Translations under genes and position numbers: made by a program
Shown here: positions 36,311-47,840 of the stretch, in pieces
Layout: each line of letters begins with the position of its first letter
Position numbering within the stretch: position 1 is the first letter of the stretch
Assembly (NCBI GenBank): GCA_002269645.1
Contig: NIVC01003414.1
Coordinates: 1 to 64,000, forward strand
Origin: Macrostomum lignano
Lineage: Eukaryota
DNA: 64,000 nucleotides
Reading direction: 5' to 3'
The notes under the pieces: model-generated
What the model was told of the DNA's origin: nothing
Seen by the model: the letters and a program-made list of their open reading frames with translations, nothing else
The model's database searches: none

Positions 36311-36769
36311 GCCCCTTGAAAATTAGGAAGTCGCCTGTTTGACCCCATAGCCGCATTATATATCACTTTGTATTTAGTATTTTGCAGCTGCTACTATGAG
36401 TAGTCTGCTAACCATTCCTGCAGCTTTTTAATGCTAAAATTGTTGCTGCTCAATAATGTTCTCGAACATAGAATTTTTATTTTCCAACGTAATTTGTATT
36501 TTTTCATGTTGGTGCTATCACGTAAATAGTAATAATATTAATCTATTGTGCAATAGTTGTAAGCATTTTTATTACTAAAACGAGCCGCAGTCATTACTTT
36601 TACGCCTGAACTTATCAAATTTTCAACATGTCATGTCGTTTTCTTTACGTGTTTACTAATTTTTTACACTTAAAGAGGCTCAGAGGCTGATCTAGGTTAG
36701 TATCTTCGGGTTCTGGACCAAAAATCCCAAAAATAATCCCATATACCAAAACCGCAATCTTAATCCCCA

Positions 36770-37450
36770 AAACCGTAATCCCAGACCCCTAAACCGTAAT
36801 CCCAGATCCCAAAACCGTATTCATAAATTCCAAACCGTAATCATAGATCCCAAAACCGTAATCATAAATTCCAAACCGTAATCATAGATCCCAAAACCGT
36901 AATCATAGATCCCAAACCGTAATCATAGATCCCAAAACCGTAATCATAGATCCCAAAACCGTAATCATAGATCCCAAACCGTAATCATAGATCCCAAACC
37001 GTAATCATAGATCCCAAAACCGTAAGCATAGATCCCAAAACCGTAATCATAGATCCCAAAACCGTAATCATAGATCCCAAACCGTAATCATAGATCCCAA
37101 AACCGTAATCATAGATCCCAAACCGTAAGCATAGATCCCAAAACCGTAATCATAGATCCCAAAACCGTAATCATAGATCCCAAAACCGTAATCATAGATC
37201 CCAAAACCGTAATCATAGATCCCAAAACCGTAATCATAGATCCCAAAACCGTAATCATAGATCCCAAAACCGTAATCATAGATCCCAAAATCGTAATCAT
37301 AGATCCCAAATCGTAATCATAGATCCCAAAACCGTAATCATAGATCCCAAAACCGTAATCATAGATCCCAAACCGTAATCATAGATCTCAAATCGTAATC
37401 ATAGATTCCAAAACCGTAATCATTGATCCCTAATCCCAAACCGTAATCCC
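36770..37450. repeat. 20-21-bp minisatellite (GTAATCATAGATCCCAAAACC)
   Basis: Periodicity read directly. Confidence 0.95.
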
Positions 37451-37612
37451 ATAGTCTCTTCTGTAATCTTGAACACTGATCCCAAAACTGAGATGCCACA
37501 GGTAATCAAATCACATCAGTAAGCAAGCTGCCATATTCTATCCAACATTTCATGCTGTCGCCCTTCGCTGCTAAAGGCTCACTCACTGTTGACTACGCAG
37601 CCAATCAGAGGC

Positions 37613-38944
37613 ATGGCCCAGTACTCCGACACGAACCTAATCGTGAACTACCTGCCGCAGGAGCTTAGAGACGACGAGCTCCATAAGCTGTTCGACTCTC
37701 TGGCTCCGGGCGTGAAGTCGGTGAAGATCTGCCGCAACAACGCCACAGGCTACAGCTACGGCTACGGCTTCTGCGACTACAACTCGCACGAGGCCGCGGC
37801 CCGGGCCATAGACAACCTGAACGGCCACCAGCTGGGCAGGAAAACTATTAAAGTGGCCTTCGCCCGCCTGCGCAGCGAGGAGACCAGAAATTGCAAGCTG
37901 CACATCTCCTGCCTGCCGTTCGGCATCACAGAGGAGGCTCTGCAACAGGTGCTGGGAAGATTCGGTCCGATTATTAACTGCCGCTTGTTGCAGGGGCAGC
38001 AGCAGCAGCCGGCGGTGGCTCCGCGCGGTCTGCTTGGCTTCTGCTTGTTCGAAACTCACAGCTCGGCCCAGGCTGCTCTGGATGCCCTGCACAACAGGCC
38101 CTGGCCTGCTGCATCTGGCGACTCGGCTGCCAACTCGGAACAGCAGCTTGTGCAGGTGACATTGAGATGTGGGATCTGAACTTGGAATGTTTGGTCTGAC
38201 ACGGATGTGGGATCTGACACTGGGATGTGGTGGGATCTGACACTGGGATGTGGGATCTGACATTGGGATTCGGGATCTGAAATTGGGATGTGGGATCTGA
38301 ACTTGGGATGTGGGATCTGAAATTGGGATTTAGGATCTGAAATTGGGATTTAGGATCTGAAATTGGGATTTGGGATCTGAAATTGGGATGTGGGATCTGA
38401 AATTGGGATTTGGGATCTGAAATTGGGATGTGGGATCGGAAATTGGGATTTGGGATCTGAAATTGGGATTTGGGATCTGAAATTATGATTTGGGATCTGA
38501 CATTGGGATATGGGATTTTACATTGGGATGTGGGATCTGAATGAAATATGGGATATTTGAAATGGGTGTGGAATCTGGCATAGGCATTTAAAAGGATCAA
38601 CGATTAGAACGTGAGATCTGAAATTTAACATGTACATATATATTATACTGTATATATGCTTTCGGCGTTCTCCCGTTGCCGCGCAGATCCGCTTCGCCGA
38701 CGAGAACGAAAAAAAGGTCCGGCCTCCGTTTAGCGGCAGCCGGGGTGGCCGCAATTTCTACTTGCCTCGCCAGCCGCATCAGCAGCAGCAGCAGCAGCAG
38801 CACAACCAGCAGCAGTTCCACCGGCCCCATGCAAGGCCGCGCGGGGGCGGCGGCCCCGGTGGCTACGTGAACCAGCAGCAGCTCCAGCAGCAGTCTTACC
38901 CGGCTTGGTACACAGCTAGCGGAAATGGCAATTATTGCTCGTAA
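37613..38944 (+). CDS. Two-RRM RNA-binding protein of the Sex-lethal/ELAV family; exons 37613-38155 and 38687-38944 (266 aa), Q/G-rich tail
   Basis: TNLIVNYLPQ (RNP2), GYSYGYGFC (RNP1), KTIKVAFAR linker, second RRM ending LVQ|IRFAD across a phase-0 intron. An upstream exon is possible (acceptor-like CTACGCAG at 37600). Confidence 0.85.
38165..38580. repeat. 20-bp minisatellite (GGGATCTGAAATTGGGATGT) in the RRM-gene intron
   Basis: Starts within a few bases of the donor site. Confidence 0.95.
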
Positions 38945-39049
38945 GATGTTCTCGCTCGCATCCTAATTCTAATCACTCTTCGACTGTTTGCTTTGCTTGC
39001 ATTACATTGTTTTTCTTGAAATGCGCAAGTCAACTGTTTTTTTGTTATT

Positions 39050-40230
39050 CACTGCATGGATTGCTAATCTATCCCTGCAGTTAGAGAATAGAATGGATTG
39101 CTAATCTATCCCTGCAGTTAGAGAATAGAATGGATTGCTAATCTATCCCTGGCAGGTATTGAATAGAATGGATTGCTAATCTATCCCTGTGGGCATGGAA
39201 AAGAATGGATTGCTAATCTATCCCTGCAGGTATGGAAAAGAATGGATTGCTAATCTATTTCTGCAGGTATTGAAAAGAATGGATTGCTAATCTATCCCTG
39301 TGGGCATGGAAAAGAATGGATTGCTAATCTATCCCTGCAGGTATTGAATAGAATGGATTGCTAATCTATCCATGCAGGTATTGAATAGAATGGATTGCTA
39401 ATCTATCCCTGCAGGTATTGAATAGAATGGATTGCTAATCTATCCCCGCAGGTATTGAATAGAATGGATTGCTAATCTATCCCTGCGGGTATTGAAAAGA
39501 ATGGATTGCTAATCTATCCCTGCAGTTAGGGAATAGAATGGATTGCTAATCTATCCCTGCAGTTAGGGAATAGAATGGATTGCTAATCTATCGCTGCAGT
39601 TAGGGAAAAGAATGGATTGTTAATCTATCCCTGCAGGTATTGAATAGAATGGATTGCTAATCTATCCCTGCAGGTATTGAAAAGAATGGATTGCTAATCC
39701 ATCCCTGCAGTTAGGGAAAAGAATGGATTGCTAATCTATCCCTGCAGGTATTGAATAGAATGGATTGCTAATCTATCCCTGCAGGTATTGAATAGAATGT
39801 ATTGCTAATCTATCCCTGCAGGTATTGAAAAGAATGGATTGCTAATCCATCCCTGCAGTTAGGGAAAAGAATGGATTGCTAATCTATCCCTGCAGTTAGG
39901 GAAAAGAATGGATTGCTAATCTATCCCTGCAGGTATTGAAAAGAATGGATTGCTAATCTATCCCTGCAGGTATTGAATAGAATGGATTGCTAATCTATCC
40001 CTGCAGGTATTGAATAGAATGGATTGCTAATCTATCCCTGCAGGTATTGAATAGAATGGATTGCTAATCTATCCCTGCAGGTATTGAATAGAATGGATTG
40101 CTAATCTATCCCTGCAGGTATTGAATAGAATGGATTGCTAATCTATCCCTGCAGGTATTGAAAAGACCCCCATACTGGATTGCCAATCTATCTTTGCAGG
40201 TTAATAAGAATGGATTGCTAATCTATCTCT
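39050..40230 (+). repeat. 37-bp minisatellite (GAATGGATTGCTAATCTATCCCTGCAGGTATTGAATA), about 32 copies
   Basis: TCCCTGCAGG recurs at 39961 and 39998. Confidence 0.95.
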
Positions 40231-40844
40231 GCAGGGGTGGTTTTAAAAGTGCTTCGTAAATCCTGCAGTTTCTGACAATAAAGTGCAGACTGCGCAGCAA
40301 GTCCTCATTAACTCGTATTTCTGTTATTTAACGCTGGCAAGGCCAGTTCCAATGTCTTAATTGTTATGTAAATAAACTATTTAGTTTACGATTCATTGAA
40401 CCTTCGAGCAATAAAGACCGCCGTTTCAATTTAACTGATTGCATCATTTTTGACAGGTTTATTGCAAAGCAATACTTCAATGGAACTGTTATTCTCTTTA
40501 CACTTCTATTCTAAATCTTGTTTTGCTTTTCCTCCGTTCCTTTTTTGTTATCTTGAGTTGATATGAACTTTTATCTTTGTTTTCTTTACCACCTATTCTA
40601 ATGCTGCTGCTTGACATTGAAATGCTTATTGTTGTAATAATCACGCTAATTGTCTCATAGCTGCTTGAATATACGAGTCCTGTGTAGCCTTGTCCATTGC
40701 AGTTGTTATTATTGTATAACTTAGTAACGGACTTCTTGAGCCTGATATTGTTGTTTATTGAACGCCTGCCAAGAGTCCGGCTGGTTTCTTGAGCACGCCT
40801 TTACTTTTTTCGGATTGGTTGCTCAATTGTTGCAGGTACAGTCT

Positions 40845-41560
40845 AGCCCAGATACCACTTGGCACTCCAGATTCTAAATTGCCTTGGCACTCCAGATTCT
40901 AAATTCCCTTGGCACTCCAGATGCTGAATTGCCTTGGCACCCCAGATTCTAAATAGCCTTGGCACTCCATGTGCTGAATTCCCTTGGCACTCCAGTTGCT
41001 GAATTCCCTTGGCACTCCAGTTGCTGAATTCCCTTGGCACTCCAGATTCTAAATTCCCTTGGCACTCCAGATGCTGAATTGCCTTGGCACCCCAGATTCT
41101 AAATAGCCTTGGCACTCCATGTGCTGAATTCCCTTGGCACTCCAGTTGCTGAATTCCCTTGGCACTCCAGTTGCTAAATTCCCTTGGCACTCCAGTTGCT
41201 GAATTGCCTTGGCACTCCAGTTGCTGAATTCCCTTGGCACTCCATGTGCTGAATTCCCTTGGCACTCCAGTTGCTGAATTGCCTTGGCACTCCAGGTGCT
41301 GAATAACCTTGGCACTCTAGGTGCTGAATCCCTTGGCACTCCAGGTGCTGAATCCCTTGGCACTCCAGGTGCTGAATCCCTTGGCACTCTAGGTGCTGAA
41401 TTGCCTTGGTACTCCAAGTGGTGCTGAATTCCCAGATTCTAAATTGCCTTGGCACTCCAGGTGCTGAATTGTCTTGGTACTCCAAGTGGTGCTGAATTCC
41501 CAGATTCTAAATTGCCTTGGCACTCCAGATGCTGAATTGATCCCTTGGCACTCCAGGTTC
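40845..41560. repeat. 25-bp minisatellite (CCCTTGGCACTCCAGTTGCTGAATT)
   Basis: Periodicity read directly. Confidence 0.95.
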
Positions 41561-42029
41561 TGAGTAGCCTTGACAGTTGTTAGGGCAGTGTACATGTACT
41601 GAAAATCAGCAAAGATAGTTTGCAAGCTACTATTGAATTAAATAAAATATTTTCCCGTTTAATGCAGGTATCTGGGATACAGATTTCAAATATATTATAT
41701 TTAATGGGTGACAAGCTGATTTAACTTGTACCTGGAATGAAAAGCTAGGAAATGAAATGTTCTAGATAATACTTGATCAAAGCCTTCGGCTCCATCACAG
41801 GGTCGTCATTTTAAATGATGGGTGAATACTAAATATCATTAGATAAAAACACTTTACAGGTCAAAAATCAAATCGTTTTGATATCTGCATTTATGGAGCA
41901 CGGTAGCAACTGCACAAATTATTACAAATATTTTTTAACTAAAAATTAGCACTGGAATAAAATTGAAATTTTGGCTTCCGCACATCGAATTAATGGATAA
42001 TCAATTCTCGGGCTCGTCAAAATTGTCAT

Positions 42030-42875
42030 TATCTGTGTGATATGGACGATTATATCTGTGTGTTATGAACGATTCTCAGTGTGTTATGGCCTATGGGCGA
42101 TTATCTGTGTGTTATGGGCGATTATATCTGTGTGTTATGAACGATTCTCAGTGTGTTATGGCCTATGGGCGATTATCTGTGTGTTATGGGCGATTATATC
42201 TGTGTGTTATGAACGATTCTCAGTGTGTTATGGCCTATGGGCGATTATCTGTGTGTTATGGGCGTTTATATCTGTGTGTTATGAACGATTCTGTGTGTTA
42301 TGGCCTATGGGCGATTATCTGTGTGTTATGGGCGATTATATCTGTGTGTTATGAACGATTCTCAGTGTGTTATGGCCTATGGGCGATTATCTGTGTGTTA
42401 TGGGCGATTATATCTGTGTGTTATGAACGATTCTCAGTGTGTTATGGCCTATGGGCGATTATCTGTGTGTTATGGGCGATTATATCTGTGTGTTATGAAC
42501 GATTCTCAGTGTGTTATGGCCTATGGGCGATTATCTGTGTGTTATGGGCGATTATATCTGTGTGTTATGAACGATTCTCAGTGTGTTATGGCCTATGGGC
42601 GATTATCTGTGTGTTATGGGCGATTATATCTGTGTGTTATGAACGATTCTGTGTGTTATGGCCTATGGGCGATTATCTGTGTGTTATGGGCGATTCTCAG
42701 TGTGTTATGGCCTATGAGCGATTCTCAGTGTGCTATGAACTATTCTCAGTGTGTTATGGCCTATGGGCGATTATCTGTGTGTTATGGGCGATTCTCAGTG
42801 TGTTATGGCCTATGAGCGATTCTCAGTGTGTTATGAACTATTCTCAGTGTGTTATGGGCGATTCTCAGTGCGTTA
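42030..42875. repeat. 72-bp higher-order minisatellite built of ~20-26-bp TATGGGCGATT subunits
   Basis: 24-aa periodicity in the overlapping ORFs, and direct reading. Confidence 0.93.
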
Positions 42876-42893
42876 TAGGCACAAGTACTAGAA

Positions 42894-43338
42894 TAACTAG
42901 ATGGGTCACTCAGCACATATGCGTGTAAGCTAATTTCAGTTCAGTAGTAAGCTAAACTGTTTTAGCAACAGAAGCTAAAACAGAAGCATTTTTAAAGCCA
43001 AGGCTCATTTATTGGATCTAACCGCCCCCTCCCCAGCTTAAAACACCCTCCAAACGCGCCTTTCCACACTACACCCGCCCCGCCCCAATTTTTATCACCT
43101 TTCTCGGAATTCCAGCCTAAAGCTGCCATGTACATTTCAGTGGACTGGCTAAATGTACATTATGGCTGGACCAATTAGCAAGTTGTTTACGCCTGTAAGC
43201 TTTGGGCTTCTAAACTTATCAACGTCATTTCAGCTGCCTTTATTTTTATAAAATAGCTTATGTATTCTTCTTTGCTACTGCACTGAAAGTAGAAAGCTGT
43301 TTTACTAAGTATATATGCCCGAGTTGCCCATCTAGTTA
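42894..43338. mobile_element. MITE with TAACTAGATGGG TIRs; related fragments at ~13780-13825 and ~18450-18500
   Basis: Imperfect ~27-bp TIRs. The satellite motif resumes right after the element. Confidence 0.55.
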
Positions 43339-43521
43339 TTTTAGTATCTGTGGTATGGGCGATTATCGGTATCTTAAAGACGATTTTTGGGGTTATGGGC
43401 AATTCTCAGTGGTTAAGGAGCAGTACGCTCGAAATTATGATTTTAATACCGCAGTGCCGCTTTGTCGAGTTCAAGGAAAAACTGATCAGGCCCGATTCAA
43501 CTCTGAACTCCCAGTGGGAGA

Positions 43522-45108
43522 TCACTTGACCCGGATGCTCGGCTGCTGGTCACCGCCAGCGACAAGACGGCCGTCCACTGTTTTCTTGGTCACCCGGCCG
43601 TCCACAGTCTCAGTGACCGTCTCCACCCCGTTCTCCACCACCTTGTGCACCACCACCCGCCTGCCATCGCGCGTGTTTGTGAAGGTCTGCGTCACCCGGG
43701 TGGAGTGCAGCGGCGCGAACCGCTGACTGCCGCCTCGGCCGCTGCTGGCTGCGTTCCTAGACGACCGGCCGGCGCCGGCCGTATTGGACGACGAGGCAAA
43801 GCCGGCGCCGGTGTGCTGGTTGAAGTTGGCGAAGTTAAAGAAGTTGCTGCCGGGCCCTCCGATGTTGTTGCTGGCGCGGTGCCGGTCGCCGATGTCGCGC
43901 ATCGACTCCTCTAGCGTCTGATGGGTTGGTTGGAAATTTAACCGACAATGCCAATTAAAAAATATGAAGAATATCTGCAACACTCTACTTATATAGAGTT
44001 TCTAAGTAGAAAAATGAGGATTTGTGCAGTATTTTTACGACTAACCCGATATCACGTATCACATTGTTGCTGTTCTTACCTTGAACGGGTCCGGGTTGAA
44101 AATGCGCGAGAACGGGTCGCTCGGCCCAAAAAAGTCGCGAAATACGTCGCGTGGATCGCGGAAATGATACTGATGCTGGTCGTACCAATCTCTGTCGTGG
44201 CGCGGCTGATAGCTGCGTTGCTGGCGCTGCTGCTGGCGCTGCTGCTGCTGCTGTTGCTGACGGCGGAAGAAATCGTCTGCCTTGGTTTCACCCTCTTCAG
44301 CCGCCGCCGCCTCAGCGAGGCCTTCCTTGCCGTAGAAATCGTAGATTCGCCGCTTCTCCGGGTCGGACAGAACCTGGCAGATGTTTGGTCGGATTATTTC
44401 TTATTTCTTAAAAAATAACTCGAATGCTGGTAGAGTCGCTCGCTTGGCGAGAAGAATAAATAGAAAGCTTAATATCAACATTTGAATACGATTGCAATTT
44501 CTAACAACTTCAACGCGTTTCGCACGCCATGGTGCATCGCCAGGATTTTATTAGAACGATTTGAGAAATTGAGATTGAAAGCGATTGATTAAATATTGGT
44601 TTTTGCAACGTACACAGGTAAGGAGGGTAAGATTGAAAACAATTGATTACTCAAATCGTTCTAATAAAATCCTGACGATGCACCATGGCGTGCGAAACGC
44701 GTTGAAGTTGTTAGAAATTGCAATCATATTCAAATGTTGATATTAAGCTTTCTATTTAAAAAATAACTGTAGTGTGCTAATTTTTCTACTGACAATAGTA
44801 GAGTCAACAAACTATTATTAGTAATATAACGTATTCTGATAAAAATTCTATCGTGTGCTAATTTTTCTACTGAGAGCAGTAGAGTCAAGCGATGATTAAT
44901 ACCAAAACATGCATATATCAACGTGAATTTTCAATACCTCGTAGGCCTCGCTGATGAGTTTGAACCGGCGTTCAGCCTCATCAGGATTTGTCTGATTCTT
45001 GTCTGGGTGCCAGCGAAGTGCCATTTGCCTGTAGGCTTTGCGCACCTCAGCCTCAGAAGCGTCTGGGTTGATCTCAAGGATGGCATAGTAATTGTCTTCA
45101 GATGCCAT
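43522..45108 (-). CDS. DNAJB6: DnaJ/Hsp40 class B protein, DNAJB6/MRJ-like; exons 45108-44938, 44373-44080, 43917-43522 (286 aa)
   Basis: J-domain with HPD ([15 protein letters not shown]|VLSD), [13 protein letters not shown], and C-terminal [17 protein letters not shown]. All introns are GT-AG phase 0. Confidence 0.88.
44458..44757. mobile_element. Long-arm hairpin (108-bp inverted arms) in DNAJB6 intron 1, MITE/foldback-like
   Basis: 44458-44565 pairs with 44650-44757 with about 2 mismatches. A 12-bp direct repeat TAAAAAATAACT lies at 44409 and 44757. Confidence 0.75.
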
Positions 45109-45445
45109 GACTGTTGGCTGAAATAATTGTATTATTTTCAATAGAATCTGTCAGGCCCAATAATGGCTTTGTCTGCTTATAGATGACACATTTTTATACA
45201 AAAATAAAATCTAAGCATAATGATATAACTCCATAGCTAATTGCAGTTTTAATTTAGAGAACTGATATAGGCCTATTATTCATATTTAAAGAGTATAATT
45301 ATTTGATAATACATTTGACTCTACCATAGCAGCAGGTATGGCTATAGAAAATTGCAAGAAGATATACAGTTCCTGTGTCTAATTGGGATTGGCCACTAAA
45401 AGACTATTAGAGCCTTTGATTTTATGGCTGAAGGGTAAAGCAATA

Positions 45446-47840
45446 CAACAACAACAACAACAATAGAATACGCAGGTTAGCGTCACAGGGCGCGCTCCTG
45501 TCCCCGCCGGTAGGGTGCCTGCAGCGTCAGCAGCAGCACCTCCTGCACCGGCTCTGGGGGTGGCACGAGACCAGCATCCACGTCGCGCTCCTGGACACCC
45601 CGCCAATGTGGCAGGAGCTCCGTCCGTCCCTGCCATCGACGGGGTGACGAATTGGTCTCACCTCCGGGTATGCAGCCTGGAGCTGTCCCTCACCATTAGG
45701 TTGGCGGTGGGCGGCGCTTTTTACAGCGTAAGTCGGTCTGCGGAGGAGCCCTGCGCACCGGGACTCGGGTTCCCTTGCTTTCTGGCCACCCGCCGCAGGC
45801 CGCAAATTGGATTTTACCATCTACTGTCCGCCCACGCGGAGTCAGCGCCCCGACTGCATGGTGCTAGGCACCCGGTCCTATTAGCTACATCGTCTAGCTA
45901 CAATGTCCGTGACCCGAAGATGAAGAAGAACGAAGAAGAATGAAGAAGAACCGGCTCTGGGCAGTTCGACTCGGCACGGATGATGTGGCCTGCCAGCTGG
46001 AGTCGCCGACGGCGCAGCAGGTCGCTTGGACGGACCAGGCCGGCGCGGCGATACAAAGCCGCGTTGGTCACTCGCTTGTCGCCGATCTTGAAGGCGGCGC
46101 GCAGCAGGCCAGCGTGCGCCGCGTCAACTTGCTGCTCGAGCGACTCCGTCAGCGACTCAGCGTCCAGGTCTCGGCGTTGTACAGCAGGACGGTTTCGATC
46201 ACCGCCTGGAACAACGCCGCCCTCTGGCGGTCAGGTAAGGCCTCGGACTGCAGGGCTGCCCTCACAGAACGAAAGGCAGCCCAGGCAAGCCCGCGGCGAC
46301 GCCGCAAATCCTCGCGGACACCGGGAACTAGATTGCCGAGGTAGACGAACTGCTGACAACGCGGAAGCTCTGTCGCCTGTCCATCAGTGCCTCGGCACAA
46401 AATCGCTGCCTCGATGTCGTCTGGCACGCAGAGCACGATGGTCTTCTGCGTGTTGACCACCAGGCCGACACTCGCCGCAACATCATTTAGCTTGTCCAGT
46501 TGTCGCTGGGCGCCCTCGACAGTTGAGGACAGCAAGGCGAGGTCGTCGGCGTAGCCAAGCACGCTGAGCCGCCTCTCCGGTTGACGTCGACCGACGCGTC
46601 GCCGCAACAGAAAGCCGTCATCGTTGGTAGGAAGAGCGGTCCGCAGCACCCAGTCAAGCACCAGAACGAACAGGAACGGCGCAAGCGTTTCTCCCTGAAG
46701 CACCCCGGAAAATGTCTCAAAGAAGTCCGATAGGCCGTCTGGTGTTGAAACAGCAGCTTTCGTATCACGGTACATCGCCATGATGGCGGAATTCAGCTGC
46801 TCTGGCACGTTGTACGCACGGAGCACCTTTGGGAGCACAGACCTGACGACCGAGTCGAATGCCTTCTTGAAATCTATAAAGATAACAATCAGGATCGACT
46901 GACGTATCCGTGCTTTCTCGATGACTCGCCGAAGAGCCAGGATCTGCGTCACAGTGCCGCGATGGGGCCGGAAGCCGTTCTGCTCAGGACGCAGGTACGG
47001 ATCCAGCACGGGCTGCAACCGCGATAACAGCAACCGGTTGAACAGCTACGCAGCACAGGACTGCAGACAGATGCCTTGGTGCTTCTCAAGCCTCGTGGTG
47101 CCCGGCTTCTTTGGAACTGCGACGATGTGCGCCGTGCGGCCGTGGTCCATTCGTTGGGTGCCGCCTCACTGAAAAGTACGCAGTTCATCACTCTAGCGAC
47201 CCCACTGGCCACACAGTGGATGCGCAGCGCCTCGATGGGCACCTCGTCCGGACCCAGCGCTTTCCCGCCCGGTGACTGTTGGGCGAACCTCACAACGTCG
47301 GCTGTGCTGACTGGCGCTAGGCTGAAGCTCTCCTTTGCCGGCAACGACATCTCCGGCGGCAGCGTCAGATTGTCTGGCAGCGGGGGTGGCGGCGCATTGA
47401 CAACGGCGTCGAAGAACTCACGCAGCTCGTTCCTGCGCTCGTCCGCAGAGTCGCCTGCCAGGTTTAGCGGAATGCGCCGCTTTCGCCCTGTCAGAGCATT
47501 GATAGCCGACCAGGCCACGCGGCCTCTGGTATCGGGCCCAGCAGCAGAGCCTCCTCTGCCTCGCGTGTTGGTCGCCTGCTCAAACGGTGTCTCTCCAGCT
47601 CTTCCCTCGCTTGCCAAATTGCGGGGTCGGCTCGCCATACTGGCTGCTCTCTCTAGGCTGGTCGCATTAGCAGGACTGCTTGTTCCGCGGTGGCTCAAAC
47701 TGCAGTGCATACCTCCGCGTACTAAGCACCTCCACGCTTGCCACCAAGTGCAGTGATAAAAGTGCTAGCAAAGTGGCTGTGCATGTTGGCGTCCCTGAAC
47801 GCGCAGTAGTAGCACCATGGTGGCCACTTCGGCAGACGGT
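45446..47840 (-). mobile_element. 5'-truncated, frameshifted RTE-clade LINE (reverse transcriptase pseudogene)
   Basis: RT motifs QNGFRP, FIDFKKAFDSV, GVLQG, GYADD, FVYLG and LLYNAETW; (TTG)n tail; 12-bp TSD GGTAAAGCAATA (45434-45445 / 47841-47852). Confidence 0.92.
45559..45949 (+). mobile_element. 391-bp retroposon with a (GAA)n tail nested antisense inside the RTE
   Basis: 12-bp TSD ACCGGCTCTGGG (45547-45558 / 45950-45961). The RTE frame CPEP|VQEVLLL rejoins when it is removed. Confidence 0.85.

Noticed and set aside
42037-42928. Cys/Tyr-rich repeat ORFs
   Set aside because: They are translations of the 72-bp satellite, and are open in several frames.
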